DNA of 64,000 nucleotides, taken from Octopus sinensis. Lineage: Eukaryota. Made by a program: the position numbers and the translations under genes. The notes under the pieces were generated by a model. That model was given only the letters and a program-made list of their open reading frames with translations. It searched no databases and was not told the DNA's origin. Positions 52,460 to 64,000 of the stretch are shown one piece after another; position 1 is the stretch's first letter; every line of letters begins with the position of its first letter. The stretch is taken from contig NC_043000.1 of NCBI RefSeq assembly GCF_006345805.1, forward strand, positions 101,184,001 through 101,248,000, read 5' to 3'.

Positions 52460-52757
52460 AGAATCTTCAAAGAAGTATTTATAAATGATGACCAACACTG
52501 GAGACAAATACTGCAAAAGGGGATGAAGGAAATGGAAGAAAGACAAGAACTCACCACCAAAAAAAATTGCACTCGACGGAAGCTAAAACCAGTAGTGCCA
52601 GCAGACACCTCCTTCAAATGCAGTTACTGTGTGCATGACTGCCACTCCCATGTGGGCCTGTACAACCCCAACAGATGCTGTACCACCATCAGCGGCTGAC
52701 ACGATTTCTTTAGTTGCAGATCCATGGCCTCTTGAGACCGATGGATGCCTATTACTA
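52460..52757 (+). pseudogene. 3' end of a second RTE family (BovB-like C-terminal zinc-finger motif)
   Basis: DDQHWRQILQKGMKEMEE..FKCSYCVHDCHSHVGLYN.HNRCC; the 3' end ccatggcctcttgagaccgatggatgcctattact differs from family A. Confidence 0.65.
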
Positions 52758-52899
52758 TGTATCGGTTGAATTATCTTTTTAACATTGAACAACTGTGAGA
52801 GTCTGCTAGGATAAAATAGTAAACAAAGTGGTCCTTAGGTAAAAAAAGGTTGCGAACCAAGGCCCTAAGCTATGCTCCTCTACAGAGAAATGCATAGAC

Positions 52900-53235
52900 T
52901 GGGTGTATACAAGGGATAGTTTATAATGTGTGAAAGACAATAATTCTGCACTTGTATGGACAATATGAGGATGCATTTCATATGGAAATATGATGGGAAG
53001 AAATGTAAAGAAGTGCTAAAAAATCTAAGTGGAAGGAAGCTGTAGAAGAGGTTGACTGGAACAGGCCAAGGGAAAAATGAGCAGATGTGATTTGATGAAG
53101 GATGATGATCTTGGCTTACTGAAGCTTATGAAGGAGATGATGAGTAACCACAAGTGGCGAGGGGCTGTGTTGGAGTAGAACTACTTAGCTTATGTAAACA
53201 TTTAAATGTGGATGTAAAGATAATGATGATGGTGA
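52900..53235 (+). mobile_element. Old RTE C-terminus with a short 3' UTR
   Basis: Decayed match to RRLRWYGHV..GRPRKTW..DL..LGL, then aatgtggatgtaaagataatgatgatg. Confidence 0.45.
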
Positions 53236-54022
53236 TGATCACATTGCTATCACTGCCACCACTGCTGTTATCGTCAACATTTTATCCATAGATGTAATAC
53301 ATTGAGCACTTTCCAAGCATATTATATGTAAGAAATAACAACCTATATACACAAACACCTGCATCTATAGATTACTGTATTTGGATAAATGATTATATCT
53401 ATATTCCAACAACTCAATTCCAAAATTTGCACATATACATGTAGAAATGATTTTTTTCAAGACAAATAAACAAACAAAAAAACTCCCAAAAAACCCAGCT
53501 ACACCAACAAAAAAAAAAGCAAATACAAAACTACAATTATAAAAAAAAAAACACAAAAAATTCCAGTCCATAAGCAAACTGCAAAAAGAAATCCCATCCC
53601 AGTTTTTCCATATATATTGCATTGTAATTGGCAAACAAAAACCAAGCTAAAAATATGGTCAGGTAAAACAACAATTTGAATAAACAACCAATAATGCGAA
53701 AGATAAATTTACCAAATTGATTTCCATAAATTCTTTTCTCTTTCTAATTTGTTTCTTTTCCTAAAAGAGAAAATTCCTTTCCTGGCTAGCGTGGCTAATA
53801 ATAAAATCAACGTAGCTACATAAAATATACAATACATATTTGTATGTTTGTTCTATATTTCTTTGCATTTTTGTATCATTATAAAATGTTATAGTGTATT
53901 ATTATATTTTTATAAAAAAGTATTATTAATATTATTATAAAATGTTGATGGCAACATGTATGCATGTATGTATGTATAGATACATATCCAGATGTATGCC
54001 TGTTTATGCATGTTTATGTATG

Positions 54023-54060
<38 letters not shown>

Positions 54061-54066
<6 letters not shown>

Positions 54067-54683
54067 TAAATATACATACATATATAAATATACATATGTG
54101 TGTGTATATATATACATATGTACACACATACATAATGTGCGATTTTATAAATGTGTGTAACACTGCTTCATGCATGTGTGGTCGCTTGCTCTCTCTTTCT
54201 CTGTTTACAACCGGAGACATAGAGTGTGTGAGAGTTTTTTCTTCCGCATGTTGTCAAAACTGTAGAAACAGCAGATGAGTTGATGACAGCAAAATGTCAA
54301 CAAACATTACCTTTCATAGCTGATGCTTTTCATGCAGAGAGCAACACACTCATACATGTACACACACACATATATACACACATATATAGATAAAGATAGA
54401 TCTGAATATGTACACTCTACTGCTCTATAACTTAGAGTGTGCTTCTTTTTTCGATTTATGATTTACTGATGATATATATATGTATATATCACAGGAGTGG
54501 GTATGTGGTAAGTAGCTTGCTTACCGACCACATGGATCCAGGTTCAGTACCACTGCATGGCACTTTGGGCAAGTGTCTTCTATTATAGCCTAGGGGCAAC
54601 AAAACCTTGTGAGTGGATTTTGTAGACAGAAACTGAAAGAAGCCTGTCGTATGTATATATATATATATATCTTCCTTCTTCTC

Positions 54684-54718
<35 letters not shown>

Positions 54719-55440
54719 TGTGTCTGCGTTAGTCCCCTCCCGCCATCGCTTGACACTGATGTTGGTGTGATTAGGTCCCTGTAACTTAGCAGTTTGGCAA
54801 AAGAGAGTGATAGAGTAAGTACTAGGCTTACAAAGAATAAACCATGGAGTCAAATTGTTTGACTAAAGGCGATGCCCCAGCATGGCCACAGTCGAATGAC
54901 TGAAATAAATAAAAGAATATAACCATCCGAACGTGGCCGTAGCCAGTTCCGCATCGACTGGCCTCCGTGCTGTGGGCACGTAACAAGCACCATCCGATCG
55001 TGGCCGTTTGCCAGCCTCATAAAAACACCATCCGAGCGTGGCCGTCTGCCAGCCTCGTCTGGCACCTGTGTCGGTGGCACATAAAAACACCATCCGAGCG
55101 TGGCCGTCTGCCAGCCTCGTCTGGCACCTGTGTTGGTGGCACATAAAAACACCATCCGAGCATGGCCGTCTGCCAGCCTCGTCTGGCACCTGTGTCGGTG
55201 GCACATAAAAACACCATCCGAGCGTGGCCGTTCGCCAGCCTCGTCTGGCACCTGTGTCGGTGGCACATAAAATCACCCACTACACTCTCGGAGTGGTTGG
55301 CGTTAGGAAGGGCATCCAGCTGTAGAAACACTGCCAGATCTGACTGGACTGGTGCAGCTTTCGGGCTCCCCAGACCCCAGTTGAACCGTCCAACCCATGC
55401 TAGCATGGAAAGCGGACGTTAATTGATGATGATGATGATG

Positions 55441-55472
<32 letters not shown>

Positions 55473-55480
55473 TATATATA
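54061..55480 (+). repeat. 1.42-kb tandem duplication, copy 1
   Basis: Unique sequence + SINE B (54491-54918) + RTE 3' UTR (54921-55440); offset of 1420-1422 to copy 2. Confidence 0.95.
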
Positions 55481-56103
55481 CATATATAAATATACATACA
55501 TATATAAATATACATATGTGTGTGTATATATATACATATGTACACACATACATAATGTGCGATTTTATAAATGTGTGTAACACTGCTTCATGCATGTGTG
55601 GTCGCTTGCTCTCTCTTTCTCTGTTTACAACCGGAGACATAGAGTGTGTGAGAGTTTTTTCTTCCGCATGTTGTCAAAACTGTAGAAACAGCAGATGAGT
55701 TGATGACAGCAAAATGTCAACAAACATTACCTTTCATAGCTGATGCTTTTCATGCAGAGAGCAACACACTCATACATGTACACACACACATATATACACA
55801 CATATATAGATAAAGATAGATCTGAATATGTACACTCTACTGCTCTATAACTTAGAGTGTGCTTCTTTTTTCGATTTATGATTTACTGATGATATATATA
55901 TGTATATATCACAGGAGTGGGTATGTGGTAAGTAGCTTGCTTACCGACCACATGGATCCAGGTTCAGTACCACTGCATGGCACTTTGGGCAAGTGTCTTC
56001 TATTATAGCCTAGGGGCAACAAAACCTTGTGAGTGGATTTTGTAGACAGAAACTGAAAGAAGCCTGTCGTATGTATATATATATATATATCTTCCTTCTT
56101 CTC

Positions 56104-56142
<39 letters not shown>

Positions 56143-56863
56143 GTGTCTGCGTTAGTCCCCTCCCGCCATCGCTTGACAACTGATGTTGGTGTGATTAGGT
56201 CCCTGTAACTTAGCAGTTTGGCAAAAGAGAGTGATAGAGTAAGTACTAGGCTTACAAAGAATAAACCATGGAGTCAAATTGTTTGACTAAAGGCGATGCC
56301 CCAGCATGGCCACAGTCGAATGACTGAAATAAATAAAAGAATATAACCATCCGAACGTGGCCGTAGCCAGTTCCGCATCGACTGGCCTCCGTGCTGTGGG
56401 CACGTACAAGCACCATCCGATCGTGGCCGTTTGCCAGCCTCATAAAAACACCATCCGAGCGTGGCCGTCTGCCAGCCTCGTCTGGCACCTGTGTCGGTGG
56501 CACATAAAAACACCATCCGAGCGTGGCCGTCTGCCAGCCTCGTCTGGCACCTGTGTTGGTGGCACATAAAAAACACCATCCGAGCGTGGCCGTCTGCCAG
56601 CCTCGTCTGGCACCTGTGTCGGTGGCACATAAAAACACCATCGAGCGTGGCCGTTTGCCAGCCTCGTCTGGCACCTGTGTCGGTGGCACATAAAATCACC
56701 ACTACACTCTCGGAGTGGTTGGCGTTAGGAAGGGCATCCAGCTGTAGAAACACTGCCAGATCTGACTGGACTGGTGCAGCTTTCGGGCTCCCCAGACCCC
56801 AGTTGAACCGTCCAACCCATGCTAGCATGGAAAGCGGACGTTAATTGATGATGATGATGATGA

Positions 56864-56895
<32 letters not shown>
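55481..56895 (+). repeat. 1.42-kb tandem duplication, copy 2
   Basis: Unique sequence + SINE B (55911-56342) + RTE 3' UTR (56345-56867); differs from copy 1 mainly by 1-bp indels. Confidence 0.95.
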
Positions 56896-56898
<3 letters not shown>

Positions 56899-57324
56899 AG
56901 TCCTTTATTCCACAGATTGCAGCCAGTCCTTTATCCCACAGATACCATAAAGTGGGTCTAATTGCAATTTTTTTCACCACTCATTATCAAAGCTGTAAAC
57001 AATTCAGCAATGATTGAACAAATTGTGTCAAATTAATGATATAACATGGAGATACAAGTTGCTAAACATCATCAGTTATATTCGGAAAAAACTTTTGACT
57101 CATTGGTATGTATGTATATGTGCACACACACACACATACACACACACACACACACACTCACATATATACATATGCATTAAGAAATACACAGACCTACATA
57201 GAACTTATGTGATGTGATACAAACTATTGCCAGTGAAAATGGGGATTTTAGAAGCAGACTGATGATCATTTTACCCCTTTATGTTCAGGCTATTTCTAGC
57301 ATTCCAAACAACAATGTGGCACAT

Positions 57325-57525
57325 AAAAAGCACCCACTACACTCTCGGAGTTGTTGGTGTTAAGAAGGGCATCTAGCTGCAGAAACATTGCCAGGTCAGA
57401 TTGGAGCCTGGTGCAGCCGCTGGTTTTTCAAACCTCAGTCAAACTGTCCAACCCATACCAGCATGGAAAACGGACGTTAAACGACGATGATGATGATGAT
57501 GATGGTGATAATGATGATGATGAAT
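57325..57525 (+). mobile_element. RTE 3' end (family A)
   Basis: aaaagcacccactacactctcggag..gaaaacggacgttaaacgacgatgatgat. Confidence 0.8.
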
Positions 57526-57687
57526 GCAGTGTCTCTCATGACTGCTGTTGTTGTTGCTGATTAATTCCAGGTTAGCCCTGACCAAGGAGATCTATGAGCA
57601 AATGCATTATGACTGTGACCATTTAACCTTTTCCCATGTTCAGTGCATCTTCTTTATTTTAAAGAAAGGCATTAGTGTATAAATTAA

Positions 57688-57887
57688 CCCTTTAGCAGTT
57701 AAACAGGCCATATTCCACTTAGTTTATGTTCAAACTGGCCAGATCTGGTATCTTACACTAAACCTACAATATCATTCTAAAAATTGACAGTCACCCCATC
57801 AAAATCTCAAAGCTACAAGATAATGCATGATTAAGTATATGAATGAAGAAGCATTACTGCTGACAGAGTGATATGCTTGCTAAAGGG
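57688..57887. mobile_element. 200-bp piggyBac-like MITE
   Basis: TTAA|CCCTTTAGCA ... TGCTAAAGGG|TTAA (TSD at 57684-87 and 57888-91). Confidence 0.9.
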
Positions 57888-58289
57888 TTAAAGGAGATTT
57901 GGCTGCTGTTTCCCTTGACTTCAGTCGCTCATGTTATTTCAACTAGGTCAAAACAAAACTGTTATATTATTTCTGTTTATCTTAGATGTACAAATTATAA
58001 AACCAAGGAAGCTGATACTCTCTTTTATTGTTTCCAGAACAATGAAGATTAAAACAGTTTCAGATTAGTGAATATAAGTATTTCATGACATTTTGGATGG
58101 ATAGATAGAGATGGTAGAATGATGTATGCTAAGCTTGCATTGTTTCTGATAAATATACACTTTTATCTTAATTTTTCTGTTGGTGAGCATGTAAAGGAGA
58201 CTGAGCTCTCTGTTTTTCATTTTTTTTTGTTCCACCAGACATTGTCCATTCATTTTCCAGATAAAGAAGAAATTACTATTAAAATACCA

Positions 58290-58760
58290 GTGTGACTACA
58301 CAATTATAATGTGTATACTAACATGCAGTAACACAAGCCGTAATATTTTGTCCCAGAGAAATTTCTCAAAAAGGCTTGTTAAAAACACTGGGATTTACTC
58401 AGAACACTGGTGTTTCAACCTGATTTGGTCTCCTCAGTGACAAATACCCTAGAAAGCTTTTCCAATATAGAAATCATTAAATGAGAGTTTTACTGATTTA
58501 TGAAAAAGCTATCCAGTCTAGAATTAAATTAATATACACTTTTGAAACAGCCTTAGATTAACATGCTCAATGTGTATACACATATTTTGTATGCAAACCA
58601 GTATTAAGTACAACATGCAATGGTACTATCTGTAATATTTCATTTCTGAGAAACGTCTCAAAAAGACTTTCATGTCAAAAACACAGGGCATTGTTCATAA
58701 TCCTAGTGGATTATCAGACAAGATGTTTTAACCTGATTTGGTTTCCTCAATGAGGAAATG
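58290..58760 (-). ncRNA. Two ~313-bp tandem units, each ending in a type I hammerhead-like motif (Penelope pLTR / retrozyme-like)
   Basis: Unit 1: CTGAGGAG-acc aaatca ggt-T-GAAAC..gtt. Unit 2: TTGAGGAA-acc aaatca ggt-TAAAAC..GTC. The core spacing is 313 bp. Confidence 0.45.
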
Positions 58761-58949
58761 CTGCAAGCTATTAACTATTTCTTGCTGATACAGACTTAAA
58801 TATAACTGGATGGGTCAGCCCTAATTTACATAATAGTAACACATGTGTTAGCGATGTATTAACTGAAATACAATGTAATTTTTACCTTATAATTCTATAT
58901 ATCTCAAATACTGCATAGTTCATTCATTTCTTTAAAAAGATGAATATGA

Positions 58950-59900
58950 TGACAAGGAGGATATCTATTGTAGATAATCTTTTGTCTAGTTGGGTCTTTC
59001 CTACCCAGGGAATCTATGCTGTATCTTTTTTAGTGACCATATATTTGAAATCTGTTGCTTCAGATTCTGAAATGCTTCTACCTTTCCTTGCTTCTTTATT
59101 CCAATTCTTCAGTCACCTGGTATTTCAATATCAATTATTTTAGTTTTCTCAATGTTATTTTTATCCACTACAGCAATTCAAGTTTTCATTTTCCATAGTT
59201 TATGATAGCACTGGATAGCAAAAATCTGAAATGGTTTTGATGTCTTGTTACAATTACACTAGAATGGTGGTGTTTATACCATTTCTCTCTGTCTTTTCTA
59301 AAATATATTTGTTACATGATTCGAATGACATGATCCATGAAATATTGTCATTCCCTGTTAGTTAATGTATCACATTCACTTATCAAATGTTGCATATTAT
59401 TCACCATTTTGCTATGCATTCTACAGAGGTAAGACTCAGGAATTCTGTCAATATGGAATGTGAGGTAGTCTGTTCTCAAAGCCTGTTTGTGTGTTACAAA
59501 GATTTGTGCTCCAGTATCAAACTTCAGGTCAAATTATTTATTTTTTATTCATGACAATGATTTATCCACATCTACACATTAATTTTCTCCTGTTTCTTGG
59601 AAAAAATTCTTCATTTTTTTGTCTTTTTTATGCCTTCTCTCTCTTGCTCATTATTTTTTGCTTAAATTTATCTTCTTAACTCTTCTGGTGCTATATGTTT
59701 TTTTCACGCTTAGCTATTTCAACATTTCTATTTTCTTCCAACAGTAGTTTTGCAACCATTCTTTAAGTAACATGCTATACCACTTTTCTTTGCTTTCTCT
59801 ATATTTTTCACTACTGCCATTTTTTACAGAGTATGTGGTTCCTACAGACATCATTTTTAGAGTGTAAAGCTCTATAATATGGTCTTTGCTTTTACAAATT
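58950..59900 (-). pseudogene. R4/Dong-clade non-LTR retrotransposon remnant (zinc knuckle + restriction-like endonuclease)
   Basis: QALRTDYLTFHID..LCRMH..QHLISEC, KWYKH and IIDIEIPGD*RIGIKKQGKVEAFQNLKQQISNIW match the R4/Dong consensus (QALRTNY..CRxC..HxxSxC; IIDxAxPxD..KE.EK..KY.DL). Confidence 0.75.
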
Positions 59901-60046
59901 TCCTTTACCTAAAAGATAGAAGCAAAATCAAAATTTATTTGACTTCATTCATTTTTAGCATTTGTCTTCCATGTCTTAAAACTTATATGACATTATGTTA
60001 AAGTCCAAATTTATATTTTCAACATTCAGCTTTAATTTAACTTCAT

Positions 60047-60195
60047 ATACTACACTCTCAGAGTGGTTGTTGTTAGGAAGGGCATCCAGCTGTAGAAACT
60101 CTGCAAGATCAAGATTGGAGCCTGGTGTAGCCATCTGGTTCACCAGTCTTCAGTCAAATCGTCCAACCCATGCTAACATGGAAAGCGAACGTTAA

Positions 60196-60228
<33 letters not shown>
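60047..60228 (+). mobile_element. RTE 3' end (family A)
   Basis: tactacactctcagagtgg..gaaagcgaacgttaaat(GAT)n. Confidence 0.85.
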
Positions 60229-60230
<2 letters not shown>

Positions 60231-61410
60231 AACCAGCTAAAATATTCTGTTCTTAAAACATTTTATTTTTCATGTTAGCACCCTTTATGCGTTACATCTG
60301 CCAAAGTATTTATAGCAAAGCATGGGTGACATTTTTTTGAGAAGCAGACCACATAAGAAATGGCTTGATCACATAAGGAATGGCTTGATCATCAGGTGCA
60401 CTATTAAAAAAATTCAAGGTAATTTTTCATTTGGTATGCCATTCAGAAAGTCCTGTGGGTCGTAGTTTTCCCAGGAATGGCTTATAACCTTTTGTAACGA
60501 GTTTATTTTTACCATTCTCTATTTCTCTTTGATGCTTATGCACATTTAGTTCTAGTAACAGTTTTTACTATGAGATTATGAGAAGAGGCTACTAGCTTTG
60601 CTTAAAGCTTCACCATACCTGGAGAAGCAGACAGCTGTGAGTAGTTCCCATGATCCTTCTCTCTGTGCAGCAGAACTAATTCAGAGAAAGAAATTAGAGT
60701 GGGGGGTTAGAGAGGGATAGCAAGAGAAAGAGAGATAGGTGGAGGGAGAGAGAGATAGTGAAATCAACTCCAGTACTTGTCTAGTACATTATTGATTGCT
60801 GCCAGAATGATAAAAGGCAAAGCTAACCTTGGCAGTATTTGAAAAAGAAATACAACATATTCTACCTGACTCGTTCACAATTCTGTCAATTTGCCTATAT
60901 CTATTTTAATAACTGTACATCTTGCAATCCTGCATTAATAATTCTATCTAATCAGCAAATGATCCTTTATACCTTTTCTCCATTGGCAATATATCCTGGC
61001 TATCTACTTATCAATTCTTTTATTGGTTCCACTCATTGGACTTCAGCCATAATGGAACACTATCTTCAAACGTTTTTAATCGATTATACGAAACCCAGTA
61101 GTTTGCCTTTCATCCTTCCACAGTTTGATAAAATAATTATCAGGGCTAAGTTCACCTGAGCAGAAAGGGTATGTAGCTAAATATCAAAAAGTAACTTTAC
61201 TAACCACACACACATTTTTTCTAATTTTGTATTCTGGGTTCAAATCTTGTTGAAGTGAATTTTTGTCTTTCATCATTTCAACATTGACAAAATAAAGTAC
61301 CAGTTATGTACTAGGGCTAGTGGTATCAACTAACCCCATCACCTTAAAGCTGTTGGCTTTGTGCCTAGAGCAGAAGTCATATTATTAGCATATTATTATT
61401 ATTAAGTGAA

Positions 61411-61743
61411 GGCGCATGGCTCAGTGGTTAGAGCGTCGAGCTTACGATCCTGAGGTTGTGAGCTCGAATCCCGGACCGGGCTGCATGTTGTGTTCTTGAG
61501 CAAGGCACTTTATTTCACGTTGCTCCAGTTCACTCAGCTGTAGAAATGAGTTGCGACATCACTGGTGCCAAGCTGTATCGACCTTTGTCTTTCCCTTGGA
61601 TAACACTGGTGACGTGGAGAGGGGAGGCTGGTATGCATGGGCAACTGCTGGTCTTCCATAAACAACCTCGCCCGGACTTGTGTCTAGGAGGGTAACTTTC
61701 TAGGTGCAATCCCATGGTCTGTGTCGTGACCGAAGGGGGTCTC
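61411..61743 (+). mobile_element. Full-length tRNA-derived SINE with Deu/Nin-like core
   Basis: A box TGGCTCAGTGG, B box gctcgaatcc, core ttgagcaaggcacttt..cactcagctgtagaaatg, tail gaccgaagggggtctc. Confidence 0.85.
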
Positions 61744-61980
61744 TGGATTATTATTAAACATATTATTAGCATATCATTAACATATTATTAGTATATTATT
61801 AGTATGACAAAATTTTAGTGACCTCTCTTCCACTTTTGTACATGATGAGCTCAAATCCTGCTGAGTTTAATTTGCCGTTTATCCTTTTGGTGGTCAATAA
61901 AATAAGTGCCATTTGAGCACTGGGGTGAATGTAATCCCCTCAAAATAGCAGGCCTTGGGCCAAAATAAGGAAAGATTATT

Positions 61981-62245
61981 GCTATTCTTATTGTTATTAT
62001 TGAAGACATTACATAGTATCCAATATTGTAATGTTGTAGATTGAAGATATTTTACATATTAGAGGTCTGCACTGTCTGTCAAATCACAACAAAGAACTCA
62101 GACAGACAGTCCTTTATGCAGTATGTGTACAGTACCAAGAAAAATCAATTTTTTGCAATACACCAAGGTTGTAGGATATTTCTAAAGTGTCCAGATGTTT
62201 TTTCAGGCTGGGTGGTACTGAATCCAATGTTCCGATGATTACATT
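61981..62245 (-). mobile_element. 3'-terminal fragment of an R4/Dong element between (TAA)n tracts
   Basis: VIIGTLDSVPPSLKKHLDTLEI..LQKI / LGTAHILHKGLSV* (1-bp frameshift); (AAT)n upstream and a degenerate (AAT)n tail. Confidence 0.75.
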
Positions 62246-62246
62246 A

Positions 62247-62302
<56 letters not shown>

Positions 62303-62540
62303 ATCTTTCATTTCTATTTCCATTTCTTGCCAAGTGTCTTCCTAACACCTAGGGCAGAGGAACGTACAGTATACATTGTTAGGCGATTAAAATAAACACA
62401 CCAGATTGTTCATTTACAGAGTCATGTGCTAGAGAAAAAAGGGGAAGACACAGAGAAAAAGGAAAAAAAATAAAAGATAAAAAAGTAAACAAATAAAATA
62501 AAGGTGGGGGAAGAAATATCACAGCAACAATGCTCTTCTC

Positions 62541-62656
62541 AATACATGTGACATACCATTTAAGACGATACATGTGACGTACCAGTTAAGACCATTCCTG
62601 TGGCGTACCTGTTAAGACAATATGTGTGATGTACCAGTGAAGACAATACATGTGAC
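62541..62656. repeat. 26-bp minisatellite, ~4.5 copies
   Basis: aatacatgtgacataccatttaagac / gatacatgtgacgtaccagttaagac / cattcctgtggcgtacctgttaagac / aatatgtgtgatgtaccagtgaagac / aatacatgtgac. Confidence 0.9.
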
Positions 62657-62691
<35 letters not shown>

Positions 62692-62696
62692 GTTAA

Positions 62697-62908
62697 GGCG
62701 GCAAATTGGCAGAATTATTAATAGACTGGGTGAAACGCTTAGCAGCGTTTTGTCTGCTGCTACATTCTGAGTTCAAATTCTGCCGCGATCGACTTTGTCT
62801 TTCAACCTTTTGGGGTTGATAAATTAATTATCAGTTGAGTACTGGAGTTGATGTAAGCGACTATCCCCACTCCCCCAAATTTCAGGCTTTGTGCCTATAA
62901 TAGAAAAA
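62697..62908 (+). mobile_element. SINE family C
   Basis: ggcggcaaattggcagaatt..ttctgagttcaaattc..; flanked by (ATT)n. Confidence 0.85.
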
Positions 62909-62933
62909 ATTATTATTATTATTATAATAATAA

Positions 62934-63138
62934 GGTGGTAAACTGGCAGAATTGTTAACATGCTGGGCAAAATGCTTAGCAGTATTTCATCTGTTGCTAT
63001 GTTCTGAGTTCAAATTCTGCCAAGGTCGACTTTGCCTTTCATCCCTTCAGGATTGATAAATTAAGTACCAGTGAAAAATTGGGTCGATGTAATCGACTAG
63101 CACCATCCCCCAGAATTTCAGGCCTTATACCTTTAGTA
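62934..63138 (+). mobile_element. SINE family C (tandem neighbour)
   Basis: Same family, diverged from the previous copy; followed by (ATT)n. Confidence 0.85.
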
Positions 63139-63187
<49 letters not shown>

Positions 63188-63192
<5 letters not shown>

Positions 63193-63553
63193 TATGCCTT
63201 AGCAAATGCGGAGGTATTGTTTTCAGTCATGTTTGTTTGTTTGTCCATAGACAAGATATCTCAAGAATCACTGGATGGATTCGGCTGAAACTTTCAGGGA
63301 TGTTTGGCCTCGTGACTGGCACAAACTAATTAGATTTTGGGATCGATCTGGTGCTGGACAAGGATTCTGGAATATATTTCCTTTTTTTTAATTTAATTTT
63401 TGAGAGTGGTTGGATTCATTTTTAGCATTCTCATTTGTGAGAGCTGTTGAGTTTATTTCAGATATTCTCATTTTAAAAATCATCTCTGTCTAATCCTTGA
63501 GAGGACGTTGGTGTTGCCTAGGCAGAGGTTTTCCCTCTCTGAGTGCTCTTGTT
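63188..63553 (+). mobile_element. HINE/DINE-1-like element
   Basis: cctatgccttagcaa ... ttgcctaggcagagg subterminal inverted repeat, a gtttgtttgtttgt tract and a 3' ccctctctgagtgctcttgTT end. Confidence 0.65.
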
Positions 63554-64000
63554 ATTATTATTATTATTAGTATTATTCGTGTCTCTATACTTACAAAAAT
63601 GATGATAGTTTCCATTAATTATGGAGAATGGCATATAATCTTTTCACAATAGTTTGTGTAATCATTAACATATTTCTTACTTAATGACTTTGCAATGTCT
63701 GTTTAATAGCGAAATATATTACAGGTAAAATATTACATTTTATGCTAAAACATTACCAATAACTCATAACTGCCAACTGCAAAAACATTGGTGACAGCAA
63801 TAAATAAATACTCAGACACAGCATTTTAATTATAACATGTTTTATTAGCCTACTTTATGGTTTAATGATGGTTATAAAAATATAATTAAAAATGACGTAA
63901 CTATATTTACAAAAATATTACAAAATTAGTTACGAAACATTAAAAGATTTACACGTAATAATTATCATTTCAAAAGTTCTTTTATCATAATATTAATAGT

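Noticed and set aside
59507-59518. Retroviral aspartic protease motif DTGA
   Set aside because: It is in frame with QALRTDY..CRM..HLISEC of an R4/Dong element, at the position of the ETE(A/G) motif; there is no LTR-element context.
61411-61485. tRNA gene
   Set aside because: A and B boxes are present but continue into a SINE core and tail with no proper acceptor stem; the same applies to 35060-35130 and 16350-16395.

Overview
Eukaryotic, AT-rich, microsatellite- and transposon-dense DNA, most likely from an octopus or other coleoid cephalopod. The taxon is inferred from my recall of the SINE/LINE families, not from a search. The only host coding sequence I can support is one 188-bp internal exon (21510-21697, +) of a GT7 beta-1,4-galactosyl/GalNAc-transferase gene (FNKGRIMNAAFKEA...HDVDLIP), so most of the window is probably intron. 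The most striking element is a young, 5'-truncated RTE-clade LINE (16765-19541). Its RT ORF has a complete C4HC3 PHD finger spliced into the RT domain. Its 3' UTR carries a copy-number-variable array of 62-63-bp stem-loop units and ends in a terminal stem-loop plus (GAT)n tail. The young copies sit in (TA)n tracts. About 20 short 3'-end copies of this family and a tail-sharing SINE are scattered through the window. Also present: CR1, R4/Dong, Penelope, Tigger and mariner remnants; Merlin-like, piggyBac-like and hAT MITEs; Helentron-associated (HINE/DINE-like) elements; several tRNA-derived SINE families; hammerhead-ribozyme-like motifs, including a ~313-bp tandem pair; long hairpins near the exon; and a near-identical 1.42-kb tandem duplication that may be an assembly artefact. 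Almost all other ORFs in the supplied track are microsatellite or repeat artefacts. Boundaries of degraded repeats are approximate (within tens of bp).
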